From contig OZ281499.1 of assembly GCA_965637545.1 (NCBI GenBank), positions 9,424,001-9,488,000 of the forward strand: DNA of 64,000 bases. Reading direction: 5' to 3'. This stretch comes from Phallusia mammillata. Lineage: Eukaryota. The stretch's first letter is position 1. Every line of letters starts with the position of its first letter. Of the stretch, positions 22,487 through 36,000 are shown piece by piece. Position numbers and translations under genes: made by a program. Below the pieces are notes generated by a model. That model saw only the letters and a program-made list of their open reading frames with translations. It did no database searches and was not told the origin of the DNA.

Positions 22487-23184
22487 TGTAGCGGCCGTAA
22501 TTTATTCAAAAATCTGTGCAGCCTGGATCTGCACCGACCGCCGCACTAGGGGGTTTCCTAATTTGTCTTGAACGCAACACTGTCTGCCTGACGGTACAAA
22601 TTTCTCCTTGGTTGCACAACAGCATTGGTTCTCTGTTAAACGAACAGAAACGTGTCACAATCGGCAATAATACGCACATTCAATATGGCCGATAAACTTA
22701 CACTTAGGAATATGTCACGTTAAGAAAGTCAATACTCCTTAAATCATACACAAACAGTATTACGACATTTAACTTACACAATTTACACATTCAAATTACG
22801 TACCAACTTGTTAGGAGTCCAGGACTGAATTATAGGCACTTTGACGAACTAAGACGTTTCAGCATTTTAATAACTTTAGCTTTCATGTTTTTATAGCTGC
22901 ACATAATACACAAAATTGTTAGCACACAAATATCTACAAAAAACTACATTAGATCCACCACAACTGCAACTACTAAAAAGCCTGCTCACAGCACAGAAAG
23001 AAACTGTAAAACGTGGCCAAGACAAGATTGCGACACTAATGACATCACACGCATTGTTACGTCTGGAGACTTCTAACCAATCCTGGCAGACGCTTTGTTA
23101 CGTCATAGTCAATGAAGTCAGGTTACTGACATCGAACTAGAAACAGGGAAAGAAAGCACATACAAGTAATTTCTCGCTGTAACA
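22487..23184 (-). repeat. 3' LTR of BEL/Pao element
   Basis: Direct repeat of 29193-29890, with about 10 substitutions by manual comparison. Confidence 0.95.
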
Positions 23185-23292
23185 TTCCCGGCCCCGATGT
23201 GCGAATCCGTTCGTCACATCCAATAAAACACAACACCACAGCGAGCACATAACAAAACACATTCACTATGTACAATCAAAAACTACGCGACG

Positions 23293-26200
23293 CTAGTTTT
23301 CGCCCGCCTTGCGAATCAGGCACAATTTAGCAATTGGCCTTTTCAAAGTCCCATTTTTGGTTTTGACCAGTACGGTGCGTACCGATCCATCTTCTGCAGG
23401 GTAGGTATCCACGACTCTCCCCGTCAGCCATCTGCCTCGCGGGACGGAGTTGTCCGCGAGAAGAACTAGATCATCGTGCGCTAGATTGCGCTCTGGAACA
23501 GTCCATTTTTGCCGAACTTGTAAAGTCGGCAGGTACTCGTTGACCCATCTAGACCAGAATTGGTTGGCTAGGTATTGCATCTGGCGCCAACGACGTCTAA
23601 CGTAGTTGTCCTTCTTGTCGAAAACCCCTGGCGGCAGTGTATCACAATGCCCCAGCAACACCAGATGATTTGGCGTTAAAGGTTCGTCACTTTCTGTATC
23701 CATAGTAACTGGAGTGAGTGGTCGAGAGTTAAGTATCGCTTCCACTTCAACCATAAACGTGATGAGAGTTTCATCATTTGGCGTTTGCTCAGACATGAGA
23801 ACACTCAGTATTTTCCGCACAGACCGAATGAGCCGCTCCCAAACTCCACCCATGTGACTTGCAGTAGGCGGATTGAAAGCCCATTCAATGTCACGCTGCC
23901 TGAGACAATCATAAATCTGCGCTTGATTCCAAGCCTTTAACGAGTCGCGCAAAACGCGATTAGCTCCAATAAAGTTGGTCCCGTTGTCGCTGAAGATCTT
24001 CTTCGGTTTTCCTCGGCGACCAATGAACCTCCGAAGGGCGTCAATAAAAGAATCCGTTGACAGCGAGTGCGCAATTTCAATGTGCACAGCACGAACTGTC
24101 AGACACGTAAATATACATCCGTAGCGCTTAACCTCGCTCCCGCCTTGCTTTACCAACAAAGGCCCAAAGTAATCCACTCCAACGTATGTGAATGGACGCT
24201 CTCCTGGCGTTATTCGCTCACGTGGTAAGTTTGCCATCATCTGTTGACCGATGGGTGCATTGCGTCGACGACAAAATATGCATTGTCCCAACACACGCCT
24301 TACTGCAACTCCACCACGAACAACCCAGTACTTCTGTCGTAGCGATGTCCATGTAAGACCCATGCCAGAATGCTGAACGGTATTGTGATGATCCTCGATA
24401 ATCAGATTTGTCACGTGGCGTTTGTTGGGCAGAATCACCGGATGCTTCAAGTCATATGCCACCGGTGCACGATGCAAGCGACCTCCAACACGTAAAACAC
24501 CATCAACCAAAATAGGATTTAGCCTCTGCAAAGACCTTCCAGATTTCCTTGATACACGCTTGTTCACAGCATACGTATGATCGTGCTGTAAAAGTGCACG
24601 AATTTCTTCAGTAAACTCCTGCTGCTGAACGTATTTGATCACTGCAAGCTCTGCCTTTTGCAGTTCCGCAACGCTTAACGGATCGGTAACTTGTAACTTC
24701 TTTTTCGTTCGAATAAACTTGACAAACCGTAGCAGCCATGCCACAGCCTTCTTCAATCTTTTCCAGGACGAGTATCGATTGATCAACTGATTTATGCAGT
24801 CCAATTTCGGAGAAACAAGATGAACTGCGACTTCATTTCGCTCTTTAAGCACAAACTCCTCAGGTAGAACGTCTAGAATCAAAGGACTCGCAGGCCATTG
24901 ATCCTCTGGCTTGCACAAAAACGATGGTCCAGCAAACCATCTCTCGCATTCCACCAACGCAGCAACTCTCAAACCCCGCGACGCGTCGTCAGCCGGATTG
25001 AGCGCTGTTGGAACGTGTTTCCACTGTGAAGCATCTGACCCTTCATCTATCTTTGTCAGTCGATTAGCCACAAAGACAGGAAAACGCTTGGTCGTGTTGT
25101 TGATGCATCGCAGTACAGACGTAGAATCTGTCCAGAAAGTTGATTTTTCAATCTTCAGGTCCAACTCCTTTCTGAGAACCTGGTCCATTTTTACATCAAG
25201 TGTAGCTGCTGTCAGCTCAAGTCGCGGAATAGAAACGACTTTCAGTGGGGCTAGTCTAGCTTTAGCCAACAAAAGGGTACAACAAACGTGTCTATTTACA
25301 TCTTCAATTCTCAGGTACGACACGGTACCGTAACCATGCGACGATACATCGGCAAAATGGTGCAACTCGCATACCTTGATTCTGCCCAATTGGCTTGCCT
25401 TCAAACATCTGGGTATTTGAACAGAGGAAAGTTCCGGCAACTCGGAAATCCAACGGCGCCATGCTGTGGCAATATCTTCTGGTACTTCCTCGTCCCATCC
25501 AACACCCTGTCTACACAACTCTTGCAGCAACATTCGCACCTGCAAGACAACTGGAGCAACAAACCCCAAAGGATCAAAAAGAGAACTTACTACAGACAAT
25601 ATGCCTCGTCTGGTAATCGGCTTTTCCTTTACCTTGACATCAAATTGAAACGTATCGGTACGATAATTCCAGCTCACCCCAAGAACACGTTCCACTTGAC
25701 CGGTGTCATCTTTCAAAGAGAATGAAGACTTCGCTGAGTCGCTCTTAGGTACGCCATCTAAGACTCTTTCGTCGTTGCTTAACCACTTCCTCAAGTGAAA
25801 ACCGCCACGCTGCAAAAGCGCGCGAATCTCCTGCACCAATTGCTTGGCCTCCTGTAAAGTAGCGACAGACTTTAAACAGTCGCCCACATAAAAATTGCGT
25901 CGCACTGTAGCAACGGTCTCTTCTGAAAATGCATGACAATTGTCGTCTGCGGTACGCCGCAAACTAAAACTTGCACAACACGGCGACGACGTCGCTCCAA
26001 ACAAATGGACCAGCATTTGAAAATCTGCTGGCTCCCTCGTCATGTCTCCGTCCGGCCACCAGACGAATCTTAGACAGTCAATATCCCTAGGATCCACTCT
26101 CACTTGGTGGAACATTGCCTCGACGTCGGCAACAATGGCAATAGCCTCTTGCCGGAACCGTAAAAGAACGCCAACCAGGCTATTCATTAGGTCGGGACCT

Positions 26201-29149
26201 TGCAACAGCTGCTTGTTTAAGGACGTGTCCCGAAATTTTGCCGCGCAGTCAAACACTACTCTGACCTTCCCTAGCTTCTGCGGGTGCAGAACCGGGTGAT
26301 GTGGCAAATACCAAATTGACCTCTTCTCTTCCCTTCGATCATCCGCTTTGAGACGCTGCGCGTATCCATTCTTCAGATAGCCGGTAATCGTCTTCTTGTA
26401 CTTCTGACACAAGTGACTGTCGTTATTCAAACGACGCTTTAGGTAGCTCAGCCTGTGTGCGGTTGTTTGGCAGATTGGGCGATCCTGCACGCCACGGCAA
26501 TCGCAAACAGTAATGGTTATCTTCTAGTTTCACAGAGTCGTTCATTAGTTTCATCGCGTATTTGTCCTCCTTTGACATACCGACACTGGAACCTAGACTG
26601 GAATCTTTAAACTCAGTTTCCCACATCTTCTTTACTTGTTGATGCAACAACTCATTAGACAAGTTAACATGATTCACCTGGACGTGTTGTACACTGCATC
26701 TACCAGAGCGAGACGAAGCAGTACCGAACAGAGATCAACCGAGAACTGTCTTGACCGCGCTCGGCTTTCCGCGTCGTCCTCTTCTCTCATCTTCGATCCA
26801 AAATGCTTCTGGCACATCCAGTCCGATCAGCAGTAGCACTTCATCGTTTAATGGCGTCGCGAATTTAATGTCACGGAGATGCGACCATTTTTTCTCGCAT
26901 CTATTTGGAACAACAGGTAAATTATCTACCATAATCACATGTGGCAAGTCAACAACTCCTGCGCCATCTAGCGGCCTCGCAGATAAACTAACGACAGAAC
27001 CATTGTTGTTCTGTGTTTTCCCATTAATCGTTGAAAGCGTAAATTCAATCTTGTCACCTGTCAGGTTAAGCATATCTAGCAGCCGTCTCGAGCACATCGT
27101 CGAGTTTGAACCGGAATCCAGAAAGGCGTAGGTTTCAACCTCCTTTCCGTTTTTGCCACTGACCCTTACTGGGACAATATTCATATACACGTTTTGGCCA
27201 ACCTGAGGTACGGACGACTTGGCTGCACACGAAGTTGAGGTTACCACGGTCTTTGAGGCACTTCCATTCTTTGCTGGACCTGGCATTTGCTCTCTTCGCT
27301 GTGAAAGGTTGTCCGACTCTGGTTCAGGTAAATCATGAGGTAATAGCATGTGATGTCTACGTCGACATCCTTCTAGTGAACAAGAACTCTGCAATGTACA
27401 ATTCCTAGCGATGTGACCTTTAGCAAAACAGTTGTCACAGAGCCTAGCTCTTCGCACTATTCGCAGTCGTTCGCCGAACTGCTTTCCTTTAAACACTTTA
27501 CATTGCGCCAAAGCGTGGGGCACATTACAGATTGGACACTTGTCACCTGGCGGCTTGCTTGTCGATGCTTGCCTTCCGTCGTAACCTGTTGACACGGAAG
27601 CAGCATTTGACGAGGATCTGAACATCCTTGGAGCGGGCTTGACCGGTTTCGGTGGTCCGCTGTCCTTCTTAGATGTCATCATTCTTCCAAACGGTGTGTT
27701 AGCAATTAGCGCTTCATTCTGTACGAACTCCACCAAATGCGAAAACTGCGGTTCGCTTCCACGCAGCTCGATCTCGCCAGCATGTCGTTTCCACCTGTGT
27801 TGCATGTTTAGCGGCAAACGTCTAGCAATACTTAGGAGATGTTCAAAGTTATTTATATCAGCAAAATAACCCAAATGAGACAAAGTGACATAACATTCAT
27901 CCAAGTGACGTGCAAGCTCCTGCAGCCCTTCGCTGTCATCGGCTTTCAAATACGGACCCTGGGTCAGACGTTGAACATAGGACCTGGCTATAATAAACGG
28001 ACGACCATAATGGTCATGCAAAACTTTCCGTGCCTTGCGGTAGCCGTCATCGTCCATACACGAACAAAACAATATCATTTTTTCGGCCTCACCAGAACAA
28101 TACTGAATGAGATAGTTTAGTTTGGACTTGTCACTTTGCACACGGCTAGCAATACATTCATCAAACGTTGTCATAAAACGGGTGTAATGTAACGGGTTGC
28201 CATCGAAATGCAGTAACTCGGGCTTGGGCAAATCGAGGCCATCTTTCAATAGTGAAGCGACATGCATTAAATCACTGACCTGTGGTTTGTGCTCACCACT
28301 AACCATATTTGGCGCGTCACCATCAGACAAATCTAATGCACTTTCGATCAGTAACGGCTCTTGCGAAGCTGGCGTTTCCAAAGCAGTCTTTGATTTCAAT
28401 TCTTGCCGCAACGGTGATTTCGGCGTTTCCTTCACATGTTCCTCGATTCGACAAGGTACCGATGTCGTAGAAACGTCATCCAGATTCAGCACGTCGCGCA
28501 TTCCATTGAACGACCGACGCTCCCAGATATCAGCTTCGACCGCTGCAGCTTGTACTTCGTGGTCCGCTTCCAAAAGCTCAAATTTGTCCAACTCCTCACG
28601 CCTGCGACGTTCTGAATCTTCCAATTCGGCACGCCTGCGACGTTCTGCTTCTTCGACTTGCAACTTCGCTCGTTGTTTTTCCTGGAGCTGGTTTTTCTTC
28701 AGAACAGCCAGTTCTTTCTTTACGACAGCTTCGGTGCGTTTCGTACTTGAACGGGAACTGGCAATCGATGATCGCACAGTAGCTGGCCATGACGCATGCG
28801 AATTGTGACTTCGCTTCGACTTCACGGTAACATTATCGTCGTGATTCTATTCAATGCCAGACAGCCACTCTTCGATGCGATTTTCGAATTCTTCTTTGCC
28901 CTTGCGTAAGCTGCTAAGCTCCTCCTTAGCCTTAGACTTGGCATTATTACGTTTCAAAGCACTGACGTAATCAAAGTGCATTTCGACGTACTCTTCGAAA
29001 GTTAAAGAGACTTGCTTCTGCTTCTCCTTCAGCACTTTAACATTCTGGTTGCTGACCATCAATTCTTCCGCTTCTAGGTAGAGAGAATTGAGTTTGTCCA
29101 CAATAGCTTTCAGCGTTGCCTTTGTCACAACCATGTTGTAATTATTCAT
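23293..29149 (-). pseudogene. BEL/Pao gag-pol polyprotein, interrupted
   Basis: In-frame TAG at 28847-28849, TGA at 26735-26737 in the KTVLG(W) motif, frameshift near 26460 (LPNNR / HRLSYLKRRL) and RT motif YVGD instead of YVDD. Integrase GVDYFGP / SDNGTNF / WERLIR motifs are intact. Confidence 0.93.
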
Positions 29150-29192
29150 GAAACGTTCAGGTCGTCGTATGTCCCAAAGTTGAGAACTTTAA

Positions 29193-29890
29193 TGTAGCGG
29201 CCGTAATTTATTCAAAAATCTGTGCAGCCTGGATCTGCACCGACCGCCGCACTAGGGGGTTTCCTAATTTGTCTTGAACGCAACACTGTCTGCCTGATGG
29301 TACAAATTTCTCCTTGGTTGCACAACAGCATTGGTTCTCTGTTAAACGAACAGAAACGTGTCACAATCGGCAATAATACGCACATTCAATATGGCCGATA
29401 AACTTACACTTAGGAATATGTCACGTTAAGAAAGTCAATACTCCTTAAATCATACAAAAACAGTATTACGCCATTTAACTTACACAATTTACACATTCAA
29501 ATTACGTACCAACTTGTTAGGAGTCCAGGACTGAATTATGGGCACTTTGACGAACTAAGACGTTTCAGCATTTTAATAACTTTAGCTTTCATGTTTTTAT
29601 AGCTGCACATAATACACTATATTGTTAGCACATAAATATCTACAAAAAACTACATTAGATCCACCACAACTGCAACTACTAAAAAGCCTGCTCACAGCAC
29701 AGAAAGAAACTGTAAAACGTGGTCAAGACAAGATTGCGACACTAATGACATCACACGCATTGTTACGTCTGGAGATTTCTAACCAATCCTGGCAGACGCT
29801 TTGTTACGTCATAGTCAATGAAGTCAGGTTACTGACATCGAACTGGAAACAGGGAAAGAAAGCACATACAAGTAATTTCTCGCTGTAACA
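29193..29890 (-). repeat. 5' LTR of BEL/Pao element
   Basis: Direct repeat of 22487-23184, upstream of gag on the minus strand. Confidence 0.95.
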
Positions 29891-30030
29891 GGTACGATGT
29901 TTTATTTCACCACGGTATTTACAAGCGTGTTTACAAATAGCCTATATTACCAATGTATATGATATCCGAGGTAATATATATTTCGGAACCCTTGATTTCA
30001 CAACGAAAAAACGGAAGATGTACAGGTCTG

Positions 30031-33000
30031 TTATATTGCTATGTAGTTGGGGATTCGTTCTGGAAGAAGGTAGTTGTAAGGAAATTCCAAGTTTTCGTTT
30101 CGCTGTTTAATTCCCTCTGTAAAGGCGTCAAGATCTGATTTGTAGGACTCTTGTATGTTTTGGACAGCTTCCTCGGTAAAAAGCTTCTCTGGGTAGTTGC
30201 CAATAAACACCTGTGACAGACAAAAATGTTTTTTTAGTTTGTTTAAATTTGTGCCAGGGTTATATAGACAAGGTTATGTCGGTCTATTAGGTCATAGCGA
30301 TAAATGTAAGTTGTAAATACGATGCTAAAAGTTGATTACAAAAAGTTTAATAGGAAACAATTGCATTAAGAATGAATTGCTTAAAAATGCATTCTATTTT
30401 TTATTACACAATGTGTTTTTACTTGAATTAGGCAAAATCTTTTAGCTTAACTTAGGTCCGAAGGCTTAGGACCTAAGCTTTCAAAACCATGTATTTCGAG
30501 CCCCAAGTAATTTAACCCCAAATCTAATTGCGCATCAAACAATCGTCTTAACCATTTCTTGACCATTGTTTGTCGATGTGCACAATTTAGGCGGCTTGTT
30601 AGGCAAACAGTCATGTAGGCTAGAAACAGTGTGCTGGTTATCAAAAGTTTTTCGTGTTCGCTAATGCGTAATACCCGACGTACGGTAGACTTGTCTTACC
30701 TCTTTTTCTGAATAGGTCGAAAGTATAAATGAGAACACAACATACACGATACTTAGTTCCTGGCCAGGCAACGAGTCCAAAATTCTTTTCATTGTTGCCT
30801 GAAAATATACGACATTTTTAACCCGAAATGCCATATCATTTTATGTCTCCAAAGTGATGCAAGTTAAATTAATGAGAATTCTTTTAAACTGTAATTGGCT
30901 CTTTGCAGTCCCTTCAAGGGTATTTAACATATATGTAAGCAGCAGGGTTTGTAAAACCTCAAGTAGGCCAAAACTTGTTCATCAATTTTTTTCTAATGTT
31001 TGTGACAAAATGCAAAAGATTTTCGGTGTTTTATGCGGTTGTGCCACACCAAGCATATACCTCCCCCTTCTTGTGGGGTGGGAGCCTCATTCCTGCTGGC
31101 ATTGAAGGGATGAACTTGTAGGCGTCAAACTGGCCAAAGTTTACAGCGGCGTGTTGTGCTGAGCTGGTGAACATCACTGTAGTACAGATCTCAATCTATA
31201 AAAAACGTAGAAACTCCTAAACACAATTCACATGCTGGCCGCTTTTCAGTCGGTTTTACTAAAATCTAAAAGCAAAATCACTTGCAGATAGTATTCTTTT
31301 TTGTAAATATTATTTAAAGAAAACCAACATTTCGGCGCTCCCCAGTTAATATTAAACTTTTTCCCGCCACCTTGGTCTTTGCAAACGTAGATGCATTATT
31401 ACGTAATATAATCGTGTCTTGTTCTTTTCAAACTGACTGATTTTTGTGAGTTTAGAATTGTTGCAGTTATGGTTTATTACAGTTAACTTAGCCTTCAATC
31501 AGTAATAATCAGTAATAGTTATTTTTGTCCGGCAGGTATGTGAAATCATTTAGATAGATTGCTTTCTGAAGTATTCTGTTTGGACAAAAAATGGTGCCTT
31601 TATCAAATACCATCGACCTCATTTTGGCAGGTAATATACCATAAAAATATTACATTAGCAACTAGATTAGATTTTGTAGACTATAATACATCTCTAGATG
31701 TCTTTTCAGTCCGTTGTTGGTAAATAACAAAATTACCAGTTGTTCTCTTGTTTCTAAGCTGGTAGGCATTCCTCTTGTGTTTGAGTCTTGCCATGCGAAG
31801 CCTTCCATTGCAATATCATTTGTCCAATACTGTAGTTCATCATCTTCTTGTATATCCTAATTACAAATCAAGCATGTTTTGAAAATGAGGCATAAACAAA
31901 TAGTCAAAACTGTCAAAGGTTTGTTGAACTATGTAAAAGGTGACCAGAAATAGGCCATAATGGCTATAGTGTAGCCATCTAACGGTACTCCAGTTTGTTT
32001 GGAATAATAGGCTTGTTGGCAATAGTCACTGCGACCTATCTCTTGTCACCAGCTGCACTGATGAGACCTTTTAGTCCGAAACACTGTGCACTGTCTGCAG
32101 CTTATATTTTGTTAAACTATGTTTACGATTTTAGTATAGTATGCAACGCTAAACGTACCTGCTATATTAGTCATTAAGCTAAATTCTAACCTACCTTATC
32201 ACAGTGGTAGTAATAGTTGACAACATTGGCAACGTATTTCTCCATAATCTTCCAAAGTTGGATGGCATCGTCTCTGTAGTAAAAACCTGGAAGGACTTCT
32301 GCATCACCAACGCCTAAAAATACAGGTCTTTAAAAACTTATTTCACAACACTAAACATATTGTGAAGATAGGGTAGCCTAAAGCCTGATAATGTAAAATA
32401 AAGATATTGTAGAGTGTATAGACGGCGATACTACAGTTTCTACTTCCCTATAGGAATTTGTATACTAGTTTTTACCAACTATGGGGGAACTCCTTTAAAC
32501 AAACCAAACGCGCTCTAACCTACCGTATTTTTTGATGACTTTCGGAATTATCAGATCCTCAAACTTGAAAGTTTCAAAAACCTTTGCGCCGAGGCCAAGG
32601 GCAGCTAAGAGAGAAAATAAATGTCAATAGTATGCGTTGCCTTGTATATGAGTTGGAAGACGAGCGGGGCTTCTTGGATCCCAACTCCATGCCCAATCTA
32701 AATTTTTGGATCTCAACTTTTACTGTTTTCGAGTGCGTGTCATAGATGACGAACGTCAGGACGTGTGGATATCCATTTTGGTGTGTGGTCTGACTCATTT
32801 GGTAGCCCAGGTTCTCAAATGATGTCGCTTTTTGCGTATGATACATATACCTGATGTGTTTGTGGATGCGAAGTGGACGCAAGCTACAAACCTACACTAC
32901 GTGAGCGATTCTTCTCATTTTTCTTTTTTTTAATATATTTTGTCATTGTAAGCAGTACTTATTTTGGTTAAAGCGGTTAATTACAATTTCACTTTTCCAA

Positions 33001-36000
33001 ATTTGCGGATTTCGCACTGCATAGAATTTGCCATGTTCAGACATGTTCTGGAGCAATTCATACGTACGGATTGCAATCGCGTTGTTGACTGGACCGCCCT
33101 CTGGAAGCAAAGTCTGTCGTCCGTCTGTGTTGATCGAAACTACGTTCTTTAGGTGAGGTCGCAGGAGTTTGTAAATCGGATGACAGCGCGGTAAATCTCG
33201 AAACACAGCAATCGCAACGGGTTCCATGATGCCGTGGGTATACAGAAAATGATAAACCCACTGTTAAAGAAAAAGCTTTTATGTACAATATATAATGCAT
33301 TTTTGTTGCAGTAAAGGTTGGATACTAGATTTTGAATCTCTTGGCATTCGCTATGTGTTTTTTTAACAAATGTGTATGTGCTGATATTACGAAAGGCAAT
33401 AAATAAGTTTTACAATGAGACCGACTAACACTTTACTAAGCATAGCCTACTTGCAAAAAACGTCCAATAGCAATGCAGAGGTGTATTGCTGCTCTGAACT
33501 TGTTTCTTGCAGGATTTATGAGATCTTCAGATCTCTATTACAATCTAATATCTGACTGCAATTTACCTGATGTATGTTGGTTTCTGTGCACTTGTAGTAC
33601 ATCTTGGCTAGCATCCAGTCTTCCTTGCTGTCAGCAGCAGTAAAAAGGTAATCTCTATCTCCAGGGACAAGTTGAATAGCGATCGGTACAAACTTATTGT
33701 CCGAATTCACATAGAACATACAGATGGAATTGGCACACTCAATCTGAAAACCGTCGGCAGTCGAGTTTCGGGGAACTCCCGTTAGATACTTGCTACCATC
33801 GCTTACGTAGATTTTGCCCGCCTAAAACAGTCAAAAAAGTGAATGGTTTGGTTTATTGTTTTATGCTTCAATTGCTCCCTGTTATATCTATTTCTTTGAT
33901 GCATGTTGCACAAGTTTAGTTTAGAAGGGTGCTTGAGTAGGTCGCATGGCGGAACAAAATAGCTACAAGCCGTGCCCAATATTTACCCACAATCCTTAAA
34001 TTTGATTCATGTTTCGTCGTTTCAGTGTAGACAATTAATTGTCCATACATAAGAAATATATACCAGTTTCGCCTAGGCCTGCCTTGTAACACTAACATTC
34101 AAGGATTTCTATGGCTAGTGTTCGACTGGAGGAAATGCCTCCAACCAGCACTCTGATTATATTTTCGTTTGCAAAGCCCTGAAAAGATTAGTTTGCAGTA
34201 TAGTCTTTTTCTGCTTTAGTTTATAGCTGAGATTTTAAACTGATTGGTCTGTGCAATGGCCCTTTCGACCGTTTTTCTGTGTTTATTTAGTGTTTCTATA
34301 CCTGCATCTCCTCCTGAAGGGTTGCTCCGTTGCTTAACAATTTACTGATGTCATCATTAGTGACGTCAAAGCCCGAGGGCAAATTGTCTTGGCATCGGAA
34401 AAAGGCAATTTGACTAACACCATTCAACGTGGATCGGCCCATGCCTTCATCGGTATCCCAGCTAAACAAGCAGTAAGGTTTAAATTTTTTTGGACTTTAA
34501 TTCCTAATAATTACAGGTTAATAATTTTTTAACAACGCCGTTTTTCGCAACCCTACTTTAAAACATGTAACAAAAATTTCATACTCGTCTGGAACTTTTA
34601 GAGAAGTTTCACGGTCGATTTTTTCGTACAGTCGGTGGTAATCCGAAATCTCATCGATAGGGGAGAATACACCTTAACAGTAAATACTAAATTAGGCCTT
34701 CAGTACACTTAAATCGGTCTGTGTTTTTTGTAATGTAACACAAACAAAATTGATGATTAATGGCATTCTCAGTTCGACTGGTTGGCAATGAGCGCGTGTT
34801 GGTTCTGGACGATTTTTGTATGAGTACAGTCTTACAGCAGTATGACACGGAAAAGGCCCATGTTTAAAGCTGGTGCGTTAAGTTTAATTAAGCTTAGAAA
34901 CGGTTTTTCGTACTTTGTGGAATTACTCACAAAACTCACGCTTAAACTTTTTAGGTTGTTATCTCAAGCTAAACTATCACTTATGATGGCATGAGCATTT
35001 GCCGAAACCAGAGTTGTGAACGGGTCCTGAAAACTGGAGCCCAACTTGAAAGTTCAAGCCCGAAACCCGACCCAAACCCTAATCGTCTTTGGGAAGCCCG
35101 TTTAGGCCCGAAAGTTTGATGTACAGGCGTATAAATTAAAGCCACATAACCCCCAAGACCACCAAAACAGTAGATAACTGGTCTTGAACAAGGCGTTTTA
35201 GGACTGTTTGACATTAGGTCAGGTCCAGCAACTGGCTACTTGGCTATTTAAATTTATTTAAAACAATTCTTACACATAGTAAAATCATGCCAATAAACAA
35301 TATTTTCATCCGTTACTTTTATCATTAAACTATATCACTTACCATAAAACTTCTGCACAAGTGCGTTCAATTTTGCCGCTGTTCTTGCATCTTTTCGATT
35401 TCTAGTCATCGATTCACTCTGTCTAAAGATTTTTGGGAGTTCATTATATTTTGTGCCATTAATAGAGCGAGGCATACCCCAGCCCATTTCTCCTTTCGCC
35501 ACACGAGGGCACCATCTAAATCTGGATTGGTGGCGTTCGATTTCTTGTCGACGTTGCGACTTCAGATACGGATTAGTTATGTTTTGTGGCAGGGTTGCTA
35601 AAACAAGGAAAATATATGTACTGCGCCGTGGTTCTCTTTGTCTCTCATAAATGTAATGAACTTAAAGTATAACAATCGATTTGAAAAACTTTCTTAATGC
35701 GGAGTATTAAAAAAGATTACACTTCAAACCTAAGGTTCGAAAAGCTGGTGGTAAATTTGCCTCCGATGCATTGCTCTATATATGGAAACAGGTACCAAAG
35801 AACAAAATTAGTTGATACAAAACTTTGGAATATATATTTTGCCCCTTATTGGCATCATCAGTTTCTTATTCAAATAGAATTTTATATTTCAAAGTTTTAT
35901 ATCGACTAATTTTGTTCTTAGGAATCCGTTTTCATATTTAGCATTGCATTTAGGCAAAACAGCGATCGTCGTTAAAAATGTTGCCTGTCAGGGGGTCGGA

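Larger units (their letters stand above)
22487..29890 (-). mobile_element. Full-length BEL/Pao LTR retrotransposon (7404 bp), coding region disabled
   Basis: Two 698-bp LTRs (TGTTAC...CTACA on -), 5-bp TSD GGTAC (22482-22486, 29891-29895) and PPT-like GGGGCCGGGAA before the 3' LTR. Domain order gag(3 Zn knuckles)-PR(LDSGS)-RT-RNaseH-IN. Confidence 0.97.

Noticed and set aside
22916-23140. Duplicated 74/88-aa ORF MLAHKYLQKTT (also 29622-29888)
   Set aside because: It lies inside the LTRs, starts at a non-ATG codon and resembles no protein. It is a by-product of LTR duplication.
28197-28808. Long plus-strand ORFs opposite the BEL gag-pol and the gag fragment (also 39439-40143)
   Set aside because: These are antisense shadows of coding sequence with Ser/Ala-biased composition.
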